Assembly: GCA_024679065.1 (NCBI GenBank)
Contig: JAGIQG010000012.1
Coordinates: 66,030,001 to 66,094,000 of the forward strand
From: Sphyrna mokarran
Taxonomy: Eukaryota
Length of the DNA: 64,000 bases
Reading direction: 5' to 3'
The notes under the pieces were generated by a model, which saw only the letters and a program-made list of their open reading frames with translations, had not been told where the DNA came from and did not search any database. This document shows positions 11,035 through 23,000 of the stretch, piece by piece. Both the position numbers and the translations under genes were made by a program. Within the stretch, counting starts at the first letter, position 1. Every line of letters begins with the position of its first letter.

Positions 11035-14000
11035 GTATGTATTGACATCTAATACTGACAAATTCCATTTATATAGCATCTCCGAGGTAGTAAAGCATCT
11101 GGAGATTGTGACAAATACAATAAATTTACTTTATATAAGCTTGCTGCCATTGAAATTGCAGACCACTAGGGTCAAGAGCCAGAGGACACCAATTTTGAGG
11201 TAATTGGCAAAAGAAGCAGTAGAGACATGAGAAAACCTTTACACAATGAGTGATTGGAATCTGACATGTGCTGTATGTGATTGTTTTGAAATTTGATAAT
11301 TATCTGTATGAAGAAATTTGCAGAGCTACCAGGAAAATGAGATTAACTGAGTAGTTCTTGCAGGTAATTGGCACGAATAGGATGAACTAAAGGGCTACTT
11401 TCTTCTGTAATGTAACCATTCTGTGATTCCATGACAAAATGGTTTTGATCCCTAAATAAACCAACAGAAACATTTTAAGAATTGAATAAGAATCAAAATT
11501 AACAATATGTATTGAATTCTTTTTATCATTGGATATGTTTCTGAATCACTTAAATTTGTTTCATTCACTTCATGTGCAGCTATTTGCCTTAATTGTTGTA
11601 GTTTTTTTCATTTTCACTAAGGTTGTATGCATTAAATTTCACTGCTGGTTCTAAAAGCTTATAGCTGGAGAAAGGATTTGGTTCAAAATGCTGGAAAATC
11701 TCAGCAGTTCATCATGACTCAAAGTTGGCTCTGTTCTCTCCACAGATGCTGTCAAACCTGCTGAGATTTTCCCGCATTTTCTGTTTTTATTTAAGATTCC
11801 AGCGTCCACGTTTTTTTTTGCCTTATTAAAGGATTTGTTTTTGAATAGATAGATATCCATTGCATAAACTTTGCAAATTTGCAAGCCTTTTTTTTATTAA
11901 CTTTTTTCAGTAACGTGGTAGCTCTAATTAATGGGTCAACAAAAGCTTAACATTACCAGTTTAAAGAAAAGAAAAACTCATTAATCCGATTGCTTTGTCT
12001 GTAAAGGAAAACGGATGTCTGGTCAATACGATTGGGTTTTACGCCTCTGAACTCAGAACAGAAGCTTTAAATGGACATATGGACAAGGTTTATTCTATGT
12101 GTAAGTACTGTAATGTCCAGCACAACTACCTTTTTTAATCAGACTTTTTAAACATGTTACAAATATTGTGATATATAGTGAGTTTGATTTGGCTATTTTA
12201 TAAAAAGTATTGATCTTGAACATGAGATGAAGATTTCCTTAGAGGTACTCCTGCTCAGCTGAGATTTCCTCTGCATGTCTGGTGAAGTTACGATGTAGAG
12301 ATGCCGGTGCTGGACTGGGGTAAACTCAGTAAGAGGTCTGACAACATCAATTTTAAATCCAACTGATTTATTTGATAGTAGACTTGCTAGCTTTCAGCCT
12401 TTGTAGCCTTTGTCAGGCGAATGATGAAGGCTACAAAGGCTGAAAGCTAGCAAGTCTACTTTCAAATAAATCGGTTGGATTTAAAATTGGTGTTGTCAGA
12501 CCTCTTACTAGTGAAGTTACAACAGTAGAGCAGCAGGAGAAAAATGCACCCTCTAGGATTTTGCTACTTGTTATGATGCAAGTAATAAAATAATCAAAAA
12601 CACAGAACTGGTACTGACATTTTATTTGACTGTGATGTATTAGCTTGTGAATATAACTTGGAACTTTTAATAAAAAAAAAGACTGATCGGTTGATTAAAA
12701 TTACACCATAAAAATATGTAGCATTTTTAAAAAATTGACAAGGAATCTGATGTATTTGATATTATAATCTACATATGAGAGTCAAACTATGCCAATGCAG
12801 GTTCATGATATTTTTCTAATAGTATCTATGGAAGTTGCTATACAGCTGCTGCTTTTCTAATATGCTGCTGGGCTTACAATGCAGTTTGTGCCCTTATCAC
12901 CTTATCAACAACAGTATGAAGATGGATGAATAGAATATTCTCCTATTATAATTTCTTCATTGAAAATAAAATAGCACATTCTGAAATGAATTTGATGTTG
13001 ACTGTTTTAAATTTGTTATTTTGCTGAATCTGTGGTTTACACTTCTCCCTTGGCAGTGTCATCGCCGACAAATCCTGCAGTGGATTTAAGTAGTTTCAGA
13101 GGCAGTCTTATTTTAGGATTTAAAAGGTAAGTTGTTTGTATACGTTATTTCAGAAAAAAACTCTAGCATTTGTACAAATGTTTTACAGTTGAGGAGTCCA
13201 TTAATACTATTATTGATTTGATTGATTTGGTTACATTGAAGTAATGGGACTGTGTAAATACTTGCTTTGCAATCAAATATTCCACCAATTACTTAGCAGA
13301 AATTGTTTCTATTAGGGCCCCATCTGTAGCAAAACCAACATTGACTGACTACTGAAATGTGCTTTTTACATTTACCTAGCAATTACAATACCACGCTCCA
13401 GTGAAGCACGCGTATTTTAAATTTCATATTTTTAAATGTTGTTTGGTCAATCATTCAGGTATTCTAAATGGTGCAACCTCTGGCATGGCTGCTTTTTGTA
13501 TTTTCTATAGTAATATGTTAACATGTTAATGACAACTCCGATTCATTTAGTCTGAATTTCTTTATTCACTAATATATATATCTCTGCTACCCATCTAATG
13601 AATTTTGGATCAAAGATTTCTGTGCTTGATGGCATTCTTGCTGTATCAACTCAGTCTTCCATAGAATAGGCTCTGAATAACTCAGGCCAGGTGTATGCAG
13701 CAATGAAGTTGAATGTTTGTTCTGGTGAACTGAATTGCATGTTGGTTTCTTGGTAATTTGATAACTCTTAAGTGAAATGTCTCTGCCATAAAGGCAAGTG
13801 GCCCAGTGACTAGCACTGCTGCCTCATGGTTTGATTTTCAGCTTGGATCATTGTCAGTGCAGAATCACCATGTTCTCCCCGTGTCTGTGGGTTTCCTCCC
13901 ACATGTCCAAAAGGCGTGTTGGTTAGGTGCATTGGCCATGCCTAATTCTCCCTCAGTGTACCCGAACAGGCTCTGATGTGTGGTGACTAGAGGAATTTCA

Positions 14001-17000
14001 CAGTAACTTCACTGAAATGTTAATGTAAACCTATTTATGTACTAATAAATAAAACTTTAAGCAGGGAGGATTTAGAACTCACAGAATTGACCTGTGTGTC
14101 AGCTTACATATCAGACAATTATCACTAAGCAATGAAGAAAGGGACACATGTAGATCATTGGGATCATCCAAGGTGGTGATATGAAGCAATAAGAGAATAA
14201 TTGTTGAGATGTTCCATAGTGTATCTGGAACATCTCAAACAATCAGTTGTGTGTGGTGCCATTGAGCTGGACACAGAGCAGAGGTAGGTGGTGTGATTAA
14301 CAATAACAAAGACTGAAGAGAGGTTGAAGAGTATTAATTAATCATTATCACAATCACAGAGAAAGTAATTTGTGACTACCTAGAGTTATTGTGACGTGTA
14401 AGTGGCAAAAATGAAATTGGAGGCATTCCAATAGAGCTGAGAGAGAGAGAGAGAAATGGATTTGAGATTTGAAGGTGGAGGGGAAAGTAAGGTTGGAGGA
14501 GTTGATGATTTTCAAGAACAGAGGGGTGGAGGGTAGAGACCTGAAAAGTGAGATGACATAAGTGATTGATTCCAGCTCTGGAACGTTTTAGAAGAACTCA
14601 GACATGGGAATGGTTACATGCCAGATCTCTGGAGAATGATCAGGAATTAGAACTCTGGGCAATTTTTCTTTTCTCCACTGTAGCATTGCGGCATCCAGAT
14701 CAACTGTACATATTCCCATTGACATTCGTTCACTCAACATGTATTTGGGTTTTCATGGTGTCAGGAGACTATGCCTCTTTATTTTTGAAAACATAATTTT
14801 TCAGCTCACTGGAAGTTTTACTATTTGAAATGAAACAGAATAAATTGTGTAAAAGTGCCAGGCCACATTCCAAGGTGAAGGTGAGAAACAAATCACCCTG
14901 AGGGGGTGATCACTCTTAAAGTGTGAAGAGAAATACGTTTCCTATAATTCAGGCACCCATTGAAACTGTCTTAATGTAAAACACTGCATATTTGAAGGAA
15001 TGGCAATAACAAATAGCTGCACCCAAAACCACCTCAAAATACACTAAGCTGCACAGTTGCAAGGGAAGATTGCAGTTGGCACAGGAATTGTCAAGAAAGT
15101 CTTCAGGGGAGAAACAGGCTGAGGGCTGCTCCCTCCTTTTTGAGAATAGTGTCTTACCAGGCTCAAGAAACCAACTCTATTTGAAACTTACCAATGGTAA
15201 AGCGATCTCATAAGTAGAAGATCGTCTACATCTGACTGCATCCAAAAAAACAGTTCACCCAAATTGGTCACAGCTTCAAAACTTGCATCTCAAGGACAGT
15301 CAAAAGACACTTAATCATGTATTATTTTACCTTTTTTTTGGTTGGACTCTAACTCCCCTTTGTGTGTGTGTGATTGGCTTGCTCAGAGGTTAAATAGCTA
15401 ACTGCATTCTGGTTTGGAAAAGGACGTATGTCCATGGAAAAGAAGCTTCAAACTTGGTTGTAGCCAACCAAGGAAGTGGAACACAGTGGAGCTGGTTCAC
15501 CCTTTCTTACTTAGTAAGAACAATGGCAAATTTTATAGGCCAGGACAAGTACAAAATAGTAGCAGTGATTTCCCACTAAGTTTAAATTGAAAACATGCTA
15601 TGCTTGTTATATTTAATTTTATGCCCGTACTCTGAGATTATAGGAAATGATTATAAGATAAGACAGCTTGCCTTTTTTGAGTTATTACCTATAAACAGCT
15701 GCACAGCTATCTTGCATGCAGTCATCAACATAACGTGCATTTAATTTAATGTCAGAATTTTGCCTTTGCGAATGTTTGTCTTGGTTTTGTTGTGCTCATG
15801 CTGTATCTGATTAGCCCTTTCTCACACTGTTGAATGCCAAGTAATTCCATTTAATTTTAAAACTGAAGCCCAAAAAATGTGATTTATAATCATCTGTGAT
15901 GCAAATGAGAATGAACCAGATTTTAACTCTTAACAATTGAAGTGCATGCACCTTTTGGTAAGGGTTCTGTAAAAGTTCATGGTCATGTCAGCTGTCCCTC
16001 AATTCAAGGATGATATCCCGAGTTGAGAGTTTCTGCCGTGGATCTTCATGTGACCGAGCAGGTTGACTTTCACCTACATGTGGGCAGAATGACTCCCCCT
16101 CCTTTGCAGATTGCAGAATTTATTTCCTTATTTATCCTTCTCTGCTCCTAAATTGAACATTAATACCAGTCTTTTACCAGTAAAAGGGTCTTTCATTTTA
16201 GTTCCTGGAAATTTTTTGGGAATGTATTTTCAACTGCATATTTATGAAAAACATTTTAGGGGTGTGAATTTGCATTTTCCTTGTGTTTGCTGGGACTCCA
16301 GAGTTGTGACCAAAACTTGCATTTGGGTCAACTTGATGATTTAATTAAAATGGAAAGGAAGAATAGTAGGAACTGCAGGTGCACCAGCTGACACGAATTT
16401 GAGCAGTTTGAAAACAACTGGTTAGTAAAAGTCTGCATTTCACTATTTACTAATAGATTAACAATTCGTTGTGTAAAGCTGCTGGTGAGGGAAATTGAAA
16501 TAATAAGGAAAAATGTCTGACGTAACAGATTCTGGGAATGCAGAAGGGAGTCCACCCTATGCAATCTTTGTTCCCACTGCCTTTCATCATCTAATCACTT
16601 GTTCATACAGTACAGACCCAGTCTGCTGCTTAGTATTGTTCACCCTGCCCCTCATCAAATTGATACTATTCTTGTCTTCCAGGCTAGCCTGTGCCGTATG
16701 GCTCTCATTCTCTTGCCCCAATGCTGATGGTGTCGATCATCAGTCAGCTACAAGCCATTTTCATGAATACAAAATTAACCAAGTAGTTTAGAAGAGGAGA
16801 CGTATTTTGATTATTTTGGTGACAGAACCCAACGTGATTTTTGACTTTGATCCAGCAAAGTTTTGATAAAGATAAAGCTGGACAATGTAGCGAAAGTTCG
16901 GAATTGAATACTTTGTTTCAAAGAACTTGTATTTCTACTTTTTTTTAAAAACGCTTTTAGATTGCTCTACACTTCATGTAAAACTCAGGTTATCAAGATT

Positions 17001-20000
17001 AATTGAAATATGATTCTTTATGTTCTGCTGCCCCCTGCAGGTCTAAAGACATTGATTTCCTCGCCAAGGTAAGTGCTAACAAATAAATTCCCTTGGCTGC
17101 ATTACAGCAGTGTACGCTTTAAATATCAATTTCTTGTTTTCATCTTTGAAATGTGTAAAATTTTAAGAGACATTAAAAGCCTTTTCTGCATGTAAATTTT
17201 CTTCTGCCTTTTAATAAGTCATTGACTCTTGTTATGAAAAGGTGTACTATTTAAATGGATTGCTTGTAACCCTTTGGTACTTTCTTCTGTAATTAATTTA
17301 AAACTGACATGCACCAAAACATTATTTTAAGCATTGTCTTTTTAAAAACATTGCCATTAACTCAGTATTAGGATGGCCAAATATATTTTTGTTAGTAAGG
17401 AAGTGCCTGTCCTTGGAAGATGTTCACATTTTGTTGGGTTTTATTTTCGAAAGCAAGTTTAGCTATTGAGCTTGTTCTGTGAGCATTTTACAGATGAAAT
17501 GCCACAATATACTGTTGATTAATACCTTTATAGAAAAGTGCTTTGTTATTTTGAGGATACAATTTCAAATACTGCTTGTTCTTGTGTTCCTCTATCACCT
17601 ACAATATATTATTATTTTTTCTTCTCAGATAACGGAATTGTTGTACAAAGATGAACGTTATTGTCAGAATCCACCAGGACCGTCTGGTAGTGTTTCAATT
17701 TCCTTGATTGTAACTCGTCCACAAATCCGTTCTATCTAATGATGGGGCTCGAAGGATTACAGGAGTAACACTGATTGCTTTTTTTTTAAAGTGAAATTTT
17801 TAAAGTGTGTGGTCAGAAAAGCTTCAAGTATCTTTTCGCTCCATTGAGTTTTCTTATTAATCAAAAAGTTCAGTTGCTTTTGTATTGGTAGCTTTTTGAT
17901 AATCTTAATTTTAAATAAGAAATTGATGGGTTTACTGAGAAGCAATAAGTGTTTGTGCCAAATATTGATGATGCAGTTATGATATATTGGAAGTATGTTC
18001 CTGTGCATCATGAGTTTTTTTGTCTTCTATTTAGCATTCTTTGCACTGAATTGTTTTGTCGTGTATGCTACTAAAGCATCACAATCCACATGCCTCATTG
18101 ATTGTTGCCATTTTCGACACTCGAACCTGAGCTTTTATAAATGATTTGTGTAAGATTAATCTTGATAATGCAACAATCTCAATTTGTGGCATGATTATCT
18201 TTTTATTTCCTTTCTTGCAGAAGCTGTTGGCTATTTTCTTTATAACTTGATTGACAGCATGAGTGACTCTGAGGTGCAGGCCAAGGAGGAGCATTTGAGA
18301 CAATACTTCCATCAGTTGAACAAGATGGTACCATTTCATTCTAGCCACATAATGCATGTCACATATGACATGTATCTATTATTCTTAAAAATGCTACTTT
18401 TAAGTACACGATATCTCATTTAATGACCTGGCTGGAATTGTATAAATAAATTACATTTCAAGTTATTCAGTTACAGAATTTCCACACATTTCTTTCAGTA
18501 GCATTTAATTTAAACTTATGTTTCTTGCAGGATATAGTAATCCCAGCAACTATCTACAGAGGAATTAGAAATTTGTTGGATGCTTACCATGTCCCTGAGT
18601 TGATCAAGGTAGTTTATGATAGTCTTATCTTTTCCTTCATGTACGCATTTTTTTTCTACCAGTGATGTGCTATCAAGTACTGATATTGTACAGTTTTACA
18701 TATCTTTCCAAACTTGTATTCTACATAGTGGATCAGGAAACAATGGCTGAATAAGTTAGTGCACCACAGGACTGGTCACTGATTAAAGAAAGGATTTGGT
18801 TTATTGTGATGTCCCTTGTGGTGAATAGCTTGTGTCCAATCCCTATCTTCGTTTATCGTTGAAGAGCAGATCCTTGACAGTCTTCTGACATATATGAACC
18901 CAAAGAAGTGACACAATTTTTGAGAGAAGGCAACAAATTAGGAATGGAAGAGAGGCAGAATCGCCACTTCTTACATTTAATCACCTTAAAGTCCACTTTG
19001 TCCTTGGCTAGACTGTTGTGTAGACTAGGTTTCTGCATTACTTCTGATACTACTGTTGTGAAAAATGAGGTTCATATACTTGACATGGGTCCATCCTGAA
19101 AGGCACTCAGCTGGTATAAATAATGTAAAAATGTCCTTTTGTATACGGAACAAATCTGGCTAACATAGTGGCTCTTAAATTCCAAATCAACCCAACCTGA
19201 CAGCCGAAAGTTATTAACCCACCTGAACTAATGCCTGTGTCTCTATGCATTTATGAAATGTTTGATATCTCGGACCAGCCTGGTAATTAGGACTGACATA
19301 GTAACATTTTTTTTCAGCAATGAAGAGTATAATAATTTTTGAAAACAGTTTTCTCTCTCCTGATAATGGACTTACTTTGCGTTAAGTATATGGTCATAAT
19401 TAGTTTCAGGGCCAATCAGAACAATATGTAGCTCTCCTGTGTCACCTAAGAACTGTACTTCATCTAAAACCTAATGTTTTAATATTGCTGATTTTGAAGG
19501 CTTTTGAGGTGGCATTACTTGAATCCTATGTACCAATATCCAGTCAGTATTATTATTCCTGGATCAATAACCAGGCTTCTCCCAGATGCTGTGGTTATTT
19601 TTTTACTTATTTTTATGGGGTCCGGACATTGCTGGCTAGGCCGACGTTTATTGTCTGTCTTTAATTGCCATTGAGGAAGTGACGATGAGCTGACTTCTTG
19701 AACTGCTGGAGGCCATGTGATGTAGGTACACCTCCTGTGCCGTTAGGAAGTGTGTTCCTGGATTTTGACCCAGAGGCAGTGAAGGAACAGTAATATATTT
19801 CCAAGTCAGGATAGTGAAAACTTAGAGGGGAACTTACAGGTGGTGGTGTTCCCATGTATCTGTTGTTCTTGCTCTAGATGGTAGCAGTTCATGCATTTGG
19901 AAACTGCTGCCAAAGGAATCCTAGTGAGTTCCTGCAATACATCTTGTAGATGGTACACGCTGCTGCTGCTGAGGGCAGTACGGTGACACAATGGTTAGTA

Positions 20001-23000
20001 CTGCTGCCTCTCAGCAGCAGAGACCAGCTTGTGTCACTGTCTGTATAGAATTTGCACATGCTCTACATGTTTGAGTTTCCTCTGGGTGCTCCAATTTCCT
20101 CCCACAGTCTGAAAGATGTGCTGATGACGTGCTTTGGCCATGTTAAATTCTCCTCAGGGTATCCGAACAGGCACCGGAGTGTGGCGACTATGGGATTTTC
20201 ACAATAACTGCTTGCAGTGTTAATGTAATTGTACTTATTATTAAATAAGTAAACTTAATAAACTGGTGATGGAAGAGGTGCCAGTTAAGCAACTGCTTTG
20301 TCCTGGGTGATGTTGACCTTGAGTGTTTTCAAAGCTGTGCTTTTCCAGGCAAGTAGAGAGTGTTCCATCAGATTTCTGATTTTTGTGAATGTCAGGGGGC
20401 AATGGTTAGATTCTCTCTCATTAGAGGTGGTTGTTGCCTAACACTTGTGAGGTGCGAATGCTGATTACCACTTGTTGGACTGAGCCTGGATATTGTCTAG
20501 ATCTTACTGCATTTGGATATGGACTGCTGGAGCATCTGAGAAATGACACGTGGTGCTAAGCATTGTGCAGCTATCAGTGAACATTCCCACTTCTGATCAT
20601 TTGATAGAAGGAAGGTCATTGAAGCAGCTGAAGATGGTTTGCTCAAGGACACTACCCTGAGAAACTCCTGAAGTGATGTCCTGGAACTGAGATGGTTGGC
20701 CCATAATCATCGCAACCGTCTTCCTTTCTGCTAGGTATGACTCTGGCCAGTGGAGAGTTTTCTGCCTAATTTCCATTGACTCCACTTTTGCCAGGGCTCC
20801 TTGCTGCCACACTTGGTGAAATGCTGCCTTGATGTCATGCACAGCCACTTGTGCTCCAACCTCTGGAATTTAGCTCCTTTTATCCATGTTTGAATCAAAG
20901 CTGTAATAATGTCAGGAGCTGAATGACCCTGGCAGAATTCCAAATGTCAGTGAACAAGTTATTGTTAAATAAATGCCACTTGATGACACTGTTGGTGACA
21001 CTGATCCCTTCCAGCACTTTACCGATGATCAAGAGTAAACTGAGATGTAATTGGATAGTTGGGTTTGTTCTTTTTGTGGACTGGACATACTCGGGCAATT
21101 TTGCAATTGCCAAATAGATGCCAGTGTTATAACTCTTTTGGAATAGCTTAGCATGTCCTGGAGTACTTTTGCTGGGAAATTGCCTTCGCAGTATCCAGTG
21201 CATTCAGTTGTTTTTTGGAATGAATCAAATTGACTGAAGACTGACACCTGTGATGCTAAGAACTGCCAGAGGAGGCTGAAATGACTGAAGATCATTGTGA
21301 ATGCTTCAGCTTTATCTTCTGCACAGATGAGCTAGGCACCTCCATCTTTCAGGTGAGGGATTTGTGGAGCCTCCCCCTCCTTTGAGTTGTTTAATTGTCC
21401 ACCACCATTCATGACTGGATGTGGCAGGACTGCACAGCTTAGGTCTGATCCATTGTTTATGGAATCGCTTGGCTCTATATATTACTTGTTCCTTATAGCA
21501 GTCCTGTAGCTTCACCAGGCTAGCACCCCATGTTTAGGTATGCATGGTGTTGCTCCTGCATTCTTTAGACCAGGGTTGATCCTCTAGCTTAGTAGTAATG
21601 GTGCAGTGGGGACTATGCCAGGCCATGAGGTTACAGATTGTGATAGAGTTCAATTCTGCTACTGCTGATGGCCCACAATACCTTATGGATGCCCAGTGTT
21701 GAGTTGATAGATCTGTTTGAAATCTATACCATTTAGTATGCTGGTAGTGTTTCACTAAGTGTGAAGATGGAACTTTGTCAGTACAGGGACTGTGTTAACA
21801 TAGAACATTACAGCGCAGAACAGGCCCTTCGGCCTTCGATGTTGCGCCGACCAATTCGGAACAAGCAGTGACCCTCTAACCTAAACCATTCCCCTTTCAT
21901 CCATGTTGTGGTCACTCTTACTGATTGCTGTCATGGACAGCTGCATCTGAAGCAGGTAAATTGGTGAGGGTGAAGTCAAGTATGTTTTTTTCCTCTGTTA
22001 CTGGTTCCCACATTATTTTCCAGACAGATGTAGCAGTTATGCCCTTTAGGATTTTGATCTGTAGAGATGCTACCAAGCCACTCCTGCTGATGAACAAGCC
22101 CCTATCAAGAGTAATTCTGCACCCTTGCCACCCTCAGTGTTTCCTCCAAGTGATGTTCAACATGGAGGGAATAGCGATTCATCAGCTGGAGGGAGTCAGG
22201 TGGGTGATGATGTGATGTGGTTGTCAGCTGAAGGTTCCTGGAATTCATGGAGTCGAAAGTCAATGTTGAGGACTCTCAACACAACTCCCTTCCAACTGTA
22301 TGCTGCTCTGCAGAGTATATCCAGCTGGTGGGACAGGACACATCAGTGATGGTGGTAGTGGTATCTGAGACATTGTCTGTAAGACATGATTCCACAAGTA
22401 TAATAATGTCATGCTGTTGCTTGACTAGTTTATGAGACAGCTGTCCCAATTTTGGCATAAGTTCCCAGATGTTAGTAAGGAGGACTTTGACGGGGCTGGA
22501 ATTGTTGTTTTTGGTACCTAGCTCAATCCCTGCTGGTCCATTTTGTGACAATACTGTGGTATTGTTGCTATATTTTGTATTTAAGGTGGGATTGCTTTGA
22601 GACAGTGTTTTGTTACAAGAGTTGATTTGGCTGGTAAATGCTGCAGATGCTAAGAATGCAGGCTGATAATTGATTTTAGCTAGGAATGTGTTACTTTGGA
22701 TGAATCTTTGGTTTATTTAGATTCTCCTGAGGTTTGAGTAGCATTTTAATTAAGTTAATTGACAGAGATGGTCATGCAATTAATAGGAGGAGCTAAGCTT
22801 GCAGGAAGGAAAGTGTTTCAGTTTCATTTTTAAATTCCAGCAGTTGCTGCTGGGCTGCCAGAGGAAAGCAGTGCCTTTCTCTCTTGCTCTCATTCTCTCA
22901 CTCTCCTATGCCCCCAGCGGTGTTCTGAAAGTTTCACGCCTCGCTTCTTCCTTCCCTCCTCTCCCCTTCCCTCCCTTCCTCCAGAAGTGTTCTGAAAGTT

